A stretch of 63,665 bases of DNA, the filler included, from Licmophora abbreviata (taxonomy: Eukaryota): the NCBI GenBank assembly GCA_900291995.1. It is 16 parts of 16 records of this genome, joined end to end, with 100 filler letters (N's around TTAATTAATTAA, not from the genome) between each part and the next. Parts side by side here need not be neighbours in the genome. Positions count along the whole stretch, not along the records: positions 27,175 to 36,194 come from OLMU01002099.1; positions 36,295 to 42,344 come from OLMU01002100.1; positions 42,445 to 49,143 come from OLMU01002101.1; 13 more parts are not named here. One strand, 5' to 3'. The notes under the pieces are model-generated. The model saw only the letters and a program-made list of their open reading frames with translations. It did no database searches and was not told the origin of the DNA. Positions 31,973 to 44,915 of the stretch are shown here, in pieces. The position numbers and the translations under genes are program-made. Each line of letters starts with the position of its first letter. The first letter of the stretch is position 1.

Positions 31973-34900
31973 TTATATTAGAGAAGACAAAGAAAGACAT
32001 AGGCTGGCCATCGCGGAAACGATCAAGGGGTTGAAGGAACCGGTCCACGTTGCGGAGGAAGTGTCTGAAGCATTTCCAGGCATGGGGAACGGCTTCAATT
32101 GTGTTGTAGGAGCGAGACTTTGCGATGGAGCTGGTGAAGGAGCCTCGCTGGGACTTGCTGTAGGAGACAGCGTTTGGACCGTTGCCCTTGGTACTTCGAC
32201 AGGACGACAGGTTGGACTCGGGCCCCCGGGAAACTCCGGAGTTTGAGTGGGTTCCGGAGTAGCTGTAGGCGAGAAAGACACTGTCTGTGTTGGAAAGGGT
32301 GAGGGCATCGGGGTGGTCGTCGGCGACGCGGTCGTTGTCGGGGCTGCTGTCGGGAACAAGCACGTTGTGGACAGCCAGTCGCACTTTGGCCCAGTCATGT
32401 CTTCTGCGTCGGGATATCGAAGAACATCAGGTGTCCGTTCTTCGGGATTGATCAGACCTTCGCGCAGCAGCAATAATACTTCCGACTCTGATGCAGCAGC
32501 ACCAGTTCGATTCTCGTTACGGTATGCGTTTGTTATGAGCTGGAGTCCTGCAGTAGCGGTCGTGCCAGGAACAATTGGACCTGTGTCTGTCACTTCGTAA
32601 TCCAGCATTCTCGATCCAGGACCAATGTCAACTGAGGGTCCGCTAATTCGAGTTTCAGGTACTGAAACAAGAAACGGGCCGGCGGAGTCGGTAAACATAC
32701 TGCGCGAAGGGATTGACTGCACTCGAAAGGTTGTCCGGATCGTCGTCGTTTGATTAGCAGCGAGACCGACATCTTCAGAGCAAACCCGCATTATTGCATT
32801 CGCCGTGTTTGTCGCGTGATCCACAGCCAATCCAGTGCACCGGGCCTCGTCTGCGGCAACATCATAAATTTCGATTCCCACGTCTCGAAGGCCTGCAGAA
32901 GACAGAACGTAGTCTTGCGAACGACTGGTGTCGGTCAAATCGAGTACAACCGACAGGAAATTTGGAAGAAGATGCTCTTGTCGCTCCCAGAATGTGAAGG
33001 CAAACTCAATAAGATAGGAGCAACCCGGTTTACCAACGTCAATGGTCCGATAGCCGACGGCTCGAAGATCGCCGGGTTGCTCTGCCTCCCCAAACTCTGC
33101 CTCGGGATTGTCGCCACTGGTGTCAAGCAAATTGAACGCGTCGATCTGTGCAATCCCTGCACCTTTGTTCTCCAGAGTCACTCGTGTCGTTCCGGGTCCT
33201 GAAGACGATGCGGATGGCAAAACGTTGCTAGATGAGGTCACGTTCGCCGCCCTCCGTAATACCATCAGAAACGGCAAACTAATTTCCTTTCGAGTTTCAA
33301 TGGACTCGATCAGCACGTGCCCATCAAACTCGTTCATGTCGGCCAATGTAGGATCGGAACCGCTCTCCCCTCCGGAGTTCATAACGTTGTGGGGTGCTTT
33401 TCTGGCCAGCACCCGAAATTCTACTTCGAAGGTGGCTTCTCCAGAGCAGCCGTCAAGAACGACAGTAGGCGGAACGGCTGTGATCTCAAGCGCTCCCATC
33501 GCTTCATCGGCGGGATCACGAAAGGCGTACGAAACATTAAGGGTCTGATTTGAATTCGTCAAGCTCACAACAGTGACTCTCCTTCGAATGAGCACATCCG
33601 ATGCTGCATTGACAAGGCCCAAGCTCAAGGAGGGCTGTACATCGCCTTCGTCCGGAGAGTATGCCCAATAGTCCGCCTCCAAAGAGGCGTCGATCCTTAC
33701 TTCCCCACTTCCTCCCAAGGTGACTGGGGCAATCATGTCCATACCATCGATATACTTGACGTTACGATCCACGTTGTTCATCAACAGAGCCTTTAGGGCA
33801 AACGCAGAACAGTCGGGGCATTTTTCTTTCAAGAGTGCAGCTGCCCCAGCTACGACGGGAGCGGAGAAAGATGTTCCTGCCTTCCGCACGGAGCGTGTAC
33901 CGGTACCAACAGCTGCGACAACGGATCTCGACGGTGCGCTCAGATCTGGCTTGAGGTAATTGAAGTCACCAGGTCCTCTGCTAGAGTATGTCTCAATCAC
34001 TCCAACGGTCGAAGAGTCAGGATGACCCGTCGCCGCAACCGACAGACCGTTCGCGGAAGACGATGGAACGCCAATCACGTATGGCAAATTCCTTGCGTTT
34101 CCCGCAGATATCACAGTTAGAACTCCCAGGGCGAACGCATTGTCGATCGCAAGTGACGTAGGATCGTAAAAAGCTGAGAAAATGGATGCAGAAAGAGACA
34201 TGTTGATCACGTCGACCTGAGGACGAGTTGAAGAAGAATAACACTTAGGTCACCTGGTGATCAGCGCAGCGCGCTCTTAGAGATCCTGTCGACTTACCTT
34301 ATCATCTGTTCGACCGTCTCCATTCGGATCGAGTGCAAACTCAATCGCAGAAACTAAGGCAAGAGTGGGACACCCATCGTTGCAGACTTTCAAAGCAAGT
34401 AGTGTCGCATCAGGAGCGACTCCAAGAACTGTCGACGCTACCGCAGTGCCATGCCCATCGCCGTCAATTGGATCGTCATCCGGCTCTAAGCCACCCCGCC
34501 CATTCTCGCTTGCATAAAACTCCCCTAGGAAATCATATCCCTCGTAGACGCGTTCCGTGGGAAACAGATCATCTCTTCGCGTGTTGCTGGGGTCTCTCTT
34601 GCGCGGGCCGTATGCACGAAGAAAAGCAGCTGGTGTTCCTGGTCCGTCAAAAGCCGCGTGAGTATAATCAACACCCGAGTCTACAATGGCTACCTTCACA
34701 CCCTTTCCTGTCGCACAGTATGTTTCATGAGCTCTCGTGGCACCAATGTAATCTGCAGTGCTTGCTATTTGTGGTTCGTACACGTTGTGCGGCAACACAC
34801 GCAGGACGCCACTCATGCCTAGGATCTCATGGGTCACTTCCTTTTCTTCATCGTCGGAAAGTTGTAGAAAAACCATATTGACCAACTTGTACGATCGTGA

Positions 34901-35248
34901 CAAGACAGTCGCTCCTGGATGGGCAGCCAGAATCTGGGGAATCAGCTCATCCTGTTGCTTTACTACGGCGGTGCGACAGGAGGCGTCGTCGGCATCACAG
35001 AAGAACAGGGGTGTTTCGGACCCTTCAATCGAAAGTATGGGGTGCGAGGATCGACCAAAGTAAGAGGAGAATCCATCGGCTAAGTTTGGGGCGCATCCCG
35101 ATTGTGTTGACGCTCTGCGAGGAACTCTTGGGCTTGATTCAGTTGGCACGTGCTCTGATGCATCACTCGGAACTCCAAGTTTGGCGCGTGAACTCCCCAA
35201 ACACCAAATCAGCGACAGAAATCTCAGCGTCGCTTCAATAAACCTCAT
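31973..35248 (-). CDS. Secreted S8 subtilase (Vpr-like) with Pro/Thr/Ser stalk and hydrophobic C-terminus (GPI-signal-like). Intron 34217-34297
   Basis: Signal peptide and propeptide; triad motifs VAIVDSG, GHGT, GTSFSAP; oxyanion SAGN; YSSRGP...KPDL.AP. Confidence 0.9.
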
Positions 35249-35743
35249 TTCTACCAATTTCGATGTCTCTCAGGCGCCCTAAATTCGCATATTGTAATTG
35301 CAGCGGCAAAGACGGCAGCATGCGGAACTTCACGCAAGAAGAATGGTCGTGCGTAATCGTGAGGGGGCATCCTGATTGAATCTTGATCTTGTCATATCCG
35401 CGATCCAAAAAAGTCGTGGAAGGTTCGGAGCGGATTTCAGAATTTTCAAGGGCTGAGACGAGCTCTGAGCTCCATAAACATATTTGGATACCGCGCCAGA
35501 ATCTGCAAGTCTGCAAGTGACTGCAAAAAAGCAGAAGAGATTGCGTTGCTGCGTCGCTCATGAACGGAACTGTCCACTGGTCGACTAGAACCACATTGAG
35601 GATAAAATCAGAGTAGCTTACTGTACGGCATTGAGATAAGATTGTGAAAAATTAGAGAACGAGAGCAGATTCGTCTTGCAAAAATCAAGTTGTGGGTGAA
35701 TTCTACGTAGAATCTGTACAGTGTCCTACGCACATCATCCACC

Positions 35744-37235
35744 ATGGACGACGACGAAGCAGCCCTCTTGGCTGAATTGCGAGCCATCTCCAATCAATCG
35801 GCTGTCAGCCGCTTTCAGGATGATGGTAATATTGAAGAAAAGGAACAAGAAGATAAGGGTGGAGTCCCTGCAATGCCAGAAAATATTGTGTCCCAACCAG
35901 TGACAAGCGAAACCCAACGCGATGAGCCGACGACATCGAAGGCTGTGGCTGCTCCTTCCGTCGCCGCCCCTTCGGACGTTACAGTCCCGAGGGCTATCGA
36001 AATGTCAGAGAAAGCATCTGTGACGGATGACGAGCCAGCGATGAAGACTGGAGGCTTCCAGATTAGCTCACTGCCGTCGAAGCAGCGTGACGAAATGGAG
36101 CTGCACGGCATGCCAGCACATTCAAGCAGCCGCTTCGAGGCGGCGGAGGTGGGACCGGAAGATTGCAGTGACGAGACGCCAAAGCTGAGCGAAGNNNNNN
36201 NNNNNNNNNNNNNNNNNNNNNNNNNNNNNNNNNNNNNNTTAATTAATTAANNNNNNNNNNNNNNNNNNNNNNNNNNNNNNNNNNNNNNNNNNNNCTGCCC
36301 CGTCTGCCCCGAATTTCGACATTGTCGTGACTGCTCCGGAGAACGATGCCGGCCCCGTAGAGCGCACCGACACCTCACCGGATGCTACTGGCATTCAGTC
36401 TCAATTTCTGGCGACTACGTCAGGAAGCCGAGGCGGCCCTGCCGAAGACGCTGAGCTATTGGCAGAGCTGCGAGCGATATCGACCAAGTCGGGCGGATCC
36501 GATCGATTTGCCGAAACGGATGGAGATGCCCCGGTCGCCGACTTGGCAGCTCCACCGGCAGCATCGACCAGGCCATCGCCGCAGGAAGCGAAAAAATCCA
36601 GGGCAAGCAATGCATCTGCACAGCAGCTACCTCCATGGAAGCGTGGAAATAGGAAGCAAATCGAGGCGAAACAAAACGATATCGAAGTTATTGTGGCAGC
36701 ACCAAAACCGGCGAAGCCATCAACGGTGCCACCGTCGGCGACCTTGGATGAAGCGCCGAATGAGCCAATTGCGTCGAAAGGGCCTATCAATAGTAATGCT
36801 GACTTCAAAACAGCCTTGCCTTCGACGTTCAGTGGGGATCGCGGAGGCCCTGCAGAGGATGCTGACTTGCTGGCTGAACTAAGGGCGATTTCATCGAGAT
36901 CGGGTGGTGAGCATCGCTTCTCCGACAATGAGGCCGAAGTCGCCGAGGCGATTCCGCAACCCACAACAACGGTAAAATCCGTAGAGACACCCGCTTCCGC
37001 GACGCTACCCTGGAAGCGCGGGAAACAGAAGAAGGCCGACAAGGACGTGGAACCATCCGTCCAGCCTTCGACTCTTGCCGTTCCTCCTGTTCCACCCCGT
37101 CCCACAGAACCGGTCACTGGCATCCAATCGGACCTGCCTACTACATTCAAGGGCGACCGCGGAGGTCCCGCCGAGGATGCCGAGCTTCTGGCCGAGTTAC
37201 GGGCGATATCCTCGAAGTCGGCGAATAGGTTTTCG
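35744..37235 (+). repeat. Protein-level repeat (GDRGGP)AEDA(E/D)LLAELRAIS..S...RF, at least 4 copies (about 35744-35815, 36426-36510, 36830-36920, 37150-37235)
   Basis: Directly visible in ORFs 35744..36250 and 36327..39323. Synonymous differences between copies at DNA level. Confidence 0.9.
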
Positions 37236-40200
37236 GGCGATGTCGACGCAGTTGATAGCGCAGGCGATGCGGTTGATGAAAGGCAACCACTTCAGCACTC
37301 GCTAACAACGCAGTCAGCGGGAGACACTGCACCTGGTCCTAGTCGATCCGGGGTTTCGTATATACCTTTGGATATCCCACCTCCTCAAGCGGAGCCGTTG
37401 GTCACGGAGGAAAGTCTTCCGTCTGCAGTGAAGGATAAAAGCTGGAAGGTGCGCGAAAGTGCCTACGGACTCCTGCAGAAGCTTCTGGACGATCAAGTTG
37501 GACAGTATGGCGATCCATTCAAGCTCAACGGCGACGATTTACTACCAGGGCTGGATGATTGTATTGTTGCGATGGCTGCTGATAGCAATACGAAGGCCCT
37601 AGATGGTGCTCTTCGATTCGGTGCGGACTATGCGACTCACGTCAGGGGTGCAAGCTCTGCAGAGCAAGCAGCGAAGATTGTAAGATCCCTTCTCAAGGGG
37701 AACGCCTTCTCGTCGCGTCCCACAACCGGGAAACTTGCCGTAAATCTGGTGCTGAAGCTGATGGAGGTGGGGGAAGAAGGAGCCACGTCCGTACACTCTG
37801 TCACCGAAGTCTTGCTCTCGCAAGGTCTCAGCTCCCGCAAGCCCAAGGTTGTCGTTGCTACGACATCGTTAATCCTCGATGCCGTCTATGCTTTTGGTGC
37901 GTGTTCGCTTCCCCTTACGTCGATAACGAAAAGTGCTCCGAAAATGGTCACCAACACTAACGTCACGGTACGCGAAACGGGAATGAAGATAATTGCAGAA
38001 ATTTGCCGCGCTCTCGGATCAAAGGACCGAATTCAGTCTGTATTAGACGAGTTGAAAAGTGCTCAGTTATCCCAGCTTGACAAGATGCTCGAAGCTCAAC
38101 CCGACCCCACCCCAGTAGGTGTCGGACTGAGGAACCAGAAGGGAGAAGCATCTAAATCCTCACCAGATGCGCTGGCTGCCTTCGAGGCTGGAGAGAAAGA
38201 GCTTCAGGCGGAGCGTTATGCTTCGCGGGAGGCCGTAAATATTTTTCAGGTCGCGGCGGCAACTGACTATTCGACGAGAATCAAGCTTCCAAAGTGGTCT
38301 GAAAAAGTTGCGGCTCTCGATACTCTTCTCAAATGCGGGGGCGAAAAGCCGTACAAGCTCTGTCAACCATCATCGACATTGAACTATCAGTCTCTGATCG
38401 GTGAAATGAGGAAGCTTCTTTCGCATTCACACTTCGCCGTGGCGTCGAAAGCCATGCAAGTTCTGTCCATGTTTGCCTTAGGAGTTGGAGAGAAACTGTT
38501 CCAGCACTTGAGACCTCTCCTCAGCCCCCTACTTGCTCTGCTCAAAGACAAAAAACTGACGCGAGCTGTCGGGGGATGCCTGGACAGCTTCTTTGGTAAT
38601 GTCCTGGCAATCGAGCATCTCCTTGAAGTGGATGGCGCCTTGCCATCCGCGACCGATGAGCGTTCTCAGAAGAACGCTCTCGCGCGTGCATCTGCCCTTA
38701 ATTTCCTTGGTCGGTGTGTCGATAGGGGGGCGTCGGCTGGTCCGCGTGGGGCCATCTCACCCAGATCAGCCGCTGGAGTTGCACGTCTTTGCTGCACGAA
38801 GCTCGAAGACTCCGATGCGTCTGTTCGGAAAGTCGCAATGGAAGATTTGCTCACCCTTCTCTCTATTGAAGACTCTCACTTCTCTAAGGACATTAATCCT
38901 GTGTTGGAAGATTTAAAGGAAAAGAATGCTCGCGCCTACAAAACTTTAAAAGGAACCGGAGCGGTTGCGAAAGGAGGTACCGATAGGAATGCTGTACGTG
39001 GCGTCTCGGTAAAGGCGGAGCAGCCCCCCGAAAGACCAGCCCCACGAACCGCCGACTCAGTGGCTTTAGAAACGAGACCGAAGGCTGCTGAAAGTCCCAC
39101 TCGTCAGGGCCATATAAACAACCATTCGAAGACAAAAGAAGACGGGGTTGAGCCCTCCCTTGCCGAAGGTCTTGCTCAGGTGTCAGGATTCGACCTTCCG
39201 TCTTGGAACGCCAACGAAGAAGACGGTGGCATCATTGCAGGTCTGAAGTGTACGTTTTTTCCTGTTTCTCGATTTCTTTGCGCTCGAGCCGCTCGTCCTG
39301 CTCATCTGTTTTTCTTTTCTTAGCGTCAAAATGGCTATCGCGTCAGAATGCTATTAAGTCGCTGGTCAGATTTGCGTCGTCTGCTGAGTTTCGCGACCGT
39401 CCCGGTGCGTTGCACTCGTCGGCCTTGTTGATCGTCGTAAGGGCGCACACGAAAGGCTTCAAGGAGACAAACTTTAACGTGACCAAGGCAATCATAGAGC
39501 TGTTTCTAGCTTTATGTTGTGCTCACGCCGAGCAAGAGGAGTCATTCCCGGAATGGGCGTGCTGGGACGGCGTCCGCATCGTCGTAGACAAAATTTCTGA
39601 CAAGAAACTTTCGACTCTTTCGTCGGAACTTTTTAGCGCACTGTGTGTGGTAAAGGCTCCTGGGTCGCTCATGACTCGTGCACTCGAGTTTCTTCGTGGT
39701 GTGAAGTCGCCTCTTTCGCACGAGGCGTTTCTCATTATGTGCAAGCAGATCCTGTTCGATTTCGGTGCATTGGCGCTCGGCAGCGGAGTGAAAGATGTTG
39801 TTCCCTGGTTGGTTGAGGTGAGTTAGCTTACTATATTTTGATCGCCCTGCGCCCTGCGAGATTACTGCTGAAATTGATTCTTTTTCTCGTGTAACAGGAG
39901 TGCGGCCAGGCGAACCCAAAAGTGAGGAAGGCTGCCATGTCCGTAGTCGGCGAACTTCATGTCCAGCTTGGACCCGCGTTTAAGGCGCTTATCCTTTCAT
40001 CCTGCAAAGACAGGTCGACAACAGAACACTTAGAGATGGCATTGGATCGAAATCCGTTCGACAGATCGCAGGCTGACGTGGACCGATGTAAGAGATGTGT
40101 CGTCCTAAACAGCAACTCTTCGTCTCTTGAGAACGGTCATGAAAGCAAGTCTTCGATACTCGAAGCCCCCAAGCTTGACCTGGTTGGAGCGCTTTCCGAA

Positions 40201-43200
40201 GACTGCATTCCAAGAATGGTACGTTCTACAGTAGCCGTAGTGGTATGATGGCTTTGACACCGAACAGCGAATTCTTAGTTCTTTCCTCTCGCTGCTTTCT
40301 ATCGTAGGGATCCAAAGAAGGGAAGACCGCATGGAAGATTCGGAAGGGGGCAATGGATGAAGTCGAGAGTGCCATGAAGAAATGCAATGGCCTTCTGTCT
40401 ACTGGGGGCTCCCACACGAGAGCGCTCGTCGATCTCCTTCGCGCTTTGCGCGAACGTCTCTCCGATTCACAGAGTAATCTCAAACCAGTCGCTGCTAGGC
40501 TTATCGGATCGATCTTGGGAGCGGTTGACAAGCGCTCACAGCCAAGGCTCGGCAAGGTCGCGCTCACACCCTTACTCAGCGCTGCGATGAATGACAACCG
40601 AAAACCGATGCGAGAAGCGTCGATGGAATCCCTGCGTTTAGGAACCACGGAAGCCGCCGTAGAAGGCTCGTCTCCAAACCCATCGTCCCTCGAGGTCCTG
40701 ATGGCTTCACTCGCCACGGAACTGGGCGAGTCTGAGTTTAAGGTTGGTTGTCGCTCAGTTGGCCTATGGATCGGTGACATGTCACGCACTCACGTTCTTC
40801 TTTCACAATCTGTCTCAGGCCGGTGGGATCCCCGACGTTCTCAACTTTGTCACTAGTGTAGCTGAATACCTTCCGAACCTGGAAACGGTGGCTTCTTCCC
40901 GAGGTGCTTCGCTTGGCGAAAAGGTGGGATCTGCAGTTGTTGGTTGTCTTACGTCATCCAAAAGCGAGACGCGCTCATCCGCTGAAAGACTTCTGAAAGA
41001 GCTTGTCGAGCACGGCGTCGTCAGTATTTCGAGCGCCAAAAAGGGAATGCAGCGTTTGCTCCCGGCTCAGCAGAGAACAGTTGGTCCTGTCCTGTCGAAG
41101 TTAACTGGGCCGTCGTCGCACCGGTCGGGCAAAGAAAATCACTCTCCATCTAAAGTCACGGCAGATTTAACAAGGAGTCCAGTGGAAATCTCTCGCATTG
41201 ATGCGTCGACGAAAGATAGGATGCGTCGTAAGGGGGGTAATGCTATCGAAGGCACGCGATCGCAAACGGACCCGAATGCCGCTGGCGTTGGACACTCAGA
41301 ATCGCGTCCGTCGAAAGACATGGCGCCAAATGCCCATCCATTGATTCTCAGGTCCACAACGACCAAGAGAGGCCGGATGTCATCTCGCTCGATCAACTGG
41401 CCTGAATATCCCGAGGAACCGTCAGGACCATCGGCCTTCAATTCTCTGAGGAAATTCTTGTCGCCCTCCCTCTCTTCTGCCGCGTGTGTGGCTCTATTTC
41501 CCGATCACGGGATTGTAAAACAGGACGACGCTATTCAAGGATGCAATCTGCTGTCTGAAACGATATCATTCGAAAGAACATATGGCGGAGGTGGAATTTC
41601 TGACCAAATTGAGGGAATTGTCATGTGGCTGACTTATGCTTTATGCAGTAGAGAGAACACGGTCGGGCTTCAAGGTATTCTGAAGCTTTTCCGGGAACTT
41701 ATTGTCTTTCTTTCAGAACGCGAACATGCACTTTCCGATGCTCAGGCACTGATGCTTATGCCGTACCTCTTCGAGAAAGCCAGTGTCGCAAAGGTACGCT
41801 TCTTGTGCGTGACACAAATGCGTCAACTCGGAAGTCTGATTTCTTTCACGCTTTCACTTTCATGAACCCAGGGCCGCTTCCGAGACGAACTACAGGAAGT
41901 CATTGCGTTGTTCAAAAACGATGCAGTTGTTCCAATAAAGACGCTTGGCCAAACGGTGTGTGTATCACTGATCGAAAGGTCACAGCATGCCAAGGCACGT
42001 GCCCTTGCATTCCACGAGTGTTGTGAGTGTGTAGGTCTTATTGGTCTCAATGGCATTGGAAAGAGAGGAGTTCTCGTGGGCGCAAAAGCCCTCTCGACGG
42101 AAAGCCTACCCGAGAACAAAGCGTCCGCGCTGGAGCTAATGCTGACTGTCATCGCAAAGATGAACGGCGACATCGATAAGCTCGCTCGCATCTGCGGACC
42201 TTCCCATCTGTCTGACAAGTCGAAGGCGCTTCTGAAGGAACGATGGAGAAAGCGCCCCGCTGCAAAAAATCTCCATGAACAAAGGCAACCGCCTGCATTT
42301 CGGACCGAAAGGAATCACCGTGAGGTCCCTCGATTCTCCCATCCNNNNNNNNNNNNNNNNNNNNNNNNNNNNNNNNNNNNNNNNNNNNTTAATTAATTAA
42401 NNNNNNNNNNNNNNNNNNNNNNNNNNNNNNNNNNNNNNNNNNNNCTGCCGTCGCTGGAGCTTCGACTTGGAGGAGGATCTTTCTCCTCGGGGGAGAAGGA
42501 TAGCAGGAGTCCCCATGCTGCATCTGGGCCATTTACGTTCTCCTTTGAGACGAGCGCTACCGTTGGACAGCGTAATTTCACCGCTCGAGAAAGCATGTAT
42601 AGGGAAGACTCATCTGGAGACACCTCCGCGACTTCGGGGGTGGTCGCGATGAGTCGACGCTTGACTGCTTTACCATCAACACAATCACCCACATCTTCTC
42701 AAGTGAGCGCCGCCGCTTCTCTACGTGCGAGACTTTTGAAGATTCGCGATAAGGGCGGAGAAGAAAGTGGCCCAGAGGTGACTGACCTTGTTTCTCGGAA
42801 AGATGGGGGTTTGTCAACCAACCATAAAGAGTCCGGTGACCTCTATCAGCGTTCACTTGTGACTCTCGACAGGTTGCTGCACAAGTCGAGGCCCCTTTCA
42901 GGAAAAGACGCTGACCTTGATCTCTGTATCGGTACGCTGAAGACGTTCCACTCTGCTATATCAAACCAACCTAGTGCTTCCGTGGATGTTTCCTTCGAAC
43001 ATCTTTCAGCGCTTCGGCAAGCCATTGTGGAGCATACAGTCGAGTTTATCGAACACTTGACGAGGTGAGTCAGTCTAGCTAGCGTAGAATCGGATTGCTG
43101 TTCTTTTGCCCATCGGGACTGACCGTTTTCCTTGCCATTACAGTGTTTTCGTGTTTGCTCTGGACTGTGAGGATCCAGACCAGACTGCCGGAATGTCGAT

Positions 43201-44633
43201 ATCACTTCTCTCCGTCGGTCTTGCAACACTCATGGCACTATTTCGGGACGCTGAGATTGCAGGCAAAGTTTCACAGGACGCACTGACTCTTCTCATTCGA
43301 GAGACTGGAAAAGCGCTCTTGGACCCTCGACTGTCTCTTTCCAGTCAACACGAAATGCCTTCGCAGCTTGACGAAGCGACGAGTTCTCAGATGGTGAGAG
43401 CGATTAACAAGGTGAGTTATATTTTCGATTGATGCAAAATGTGTGTCCACCTGATCGACAACTTGTTAAAGTTCTCTCGTCTCGTCTGTTCGATTTGAAT
43501 AGCTGGCGGTTCAAGCTGCGACCGGTTCTCCTCGGTCGACATCATTTGTGGCTTTGCTCGCTCTACAAGTGCAGCTATGTATGCAACCTCACGATATGCC
43601 TTCGAGCTTGGCATTTAACATTCGTCTGTCTCGGATAGTGACCAAACTCTTTACAAAAGTGATCAAGGCCGAAGACGCTTCTACAAATCCTTTCGCGACT
43701 GAGTCAGTTGATCTCGAGGCGTTGCTCTGTGCTCTCGACGATGCACTGGTATCGACAAGTGCAAAGGCGCGGCACCACAGCATGGAAGATGCAGCTGATA
43801 CATGCGCCAACATGATGAAACCCTTGATTGTGTCAATGGTGCGATCACACACCGTTGGTAAACAGAAGATACAAGACTCAATGTCGGAACTAGGAATCGA
43901 CCAAGGATCTAAGCTTGCCACTCTCGTGGCGGAATGCGTACTCGATTTAACGGAGGAGAACTTTGTAGAAACGGAGCGTTACTCGCCGACAAGGACGACT
44001 TCAATGAACGTCGCCGACTTGGTGTCCGCTGTTGGGAGCGCACCGGAGGGTCCAGAACGGAAGGCGGCTGTGGAGGCGCTTCGAAGGTACAATCGTCACC
44101 ACGGCGACGCTGAACTCAACGCCCATCTGATGCAGGTGTCATCTGCGTTCCGTGAGTACGTCATGAAGCAACTATCGAACAATTCGAGTCCTGATAGGCC
44201 AGGCGTCGGAAGAGACTATGAGCGAACCAACATTTCGGACAGAATTCGGTCTCTCCGATCGAAGTTGAATGCGACAGAGGCGGCTGTGCAGTCCGTCATT
44301 GAGCCGGCCGCGTCGGTTGGTGAAACACTTTCGGCCCTTGAGTCAGACACGAATCCTGACTCGGCACCGAGATCTCGCCAGATACTATCCTCCTCAATGT
44401 CTTCTAACGTCAGCTCTTCTCCACCCAGCCGACCCCAACCCAAGGGCTCAACCGCCTCGGCCCTTCGCGAGCGATTAGCCGCCGCACAAGAAAGCCGGCA
44501 CCGTGCTGCTGCAGCCGCCGGGGACGACTACTCGCCTCCGAACCAAGGCACTTCCGCTTATGGACACGCGGCTGCCCTCCGCGCTCGACTCGAAAGGGTC
44601 AAGCAGCAAAGCCGCGACGGGTCCGATGCTTAG
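35744..44633 (+). CDS. CKAP5: XMAP215/ch-TOG/MOR1 family microtubule polymerase with a long repetitive N-terminal extension; multi-exon, spans two gaps
   Basis: TOG-type starts WKVR, KW.EK, KW..R, WKIRK; KPKVV, LKDKK, FKETNFNV, DK.SDKKL, L.DSQ.NL. Introns at about 39250-39323, 39818-39897, 40219-40307, 40743-40819, 41794-41871, 43065-43143 and 43412-43503. Confidence 0.85.
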
Positions 44634-44915
44634 TTCAAGAATGCCACCGAACTATAGACTAAAATAGTCGCTGCTAGTAATACCGGTCATGCAAACGCGA
44701 ATCGAGTAGAACCTAGTCAACGGCGATGTACACAGAGGATTTCGTCACGTATAACTTATTATATTCAAGCAAGGTTTCGTCCTCGCATAACCAGAGAGCA
44801 TACGGTGAATGAAACCCGCGTGCGATTCTTCCACCGCCGCACGGGACACTGAAATCGCCCGTCGCCGCGCTCTCGCCATACCAGGTATCGACATAGCCTC
44901 AATGAGTGCTTCCGC

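Noticed and set aside
36401..37150. Long antisense or overlapping ORFs (e.g. 568-1188, 24444-25214, 30023-30739, 36401-37150, 58819-59526)
   Set aside because: Shadow frames of real genes in fairly GC-rich DNA, with no motifs of their own.
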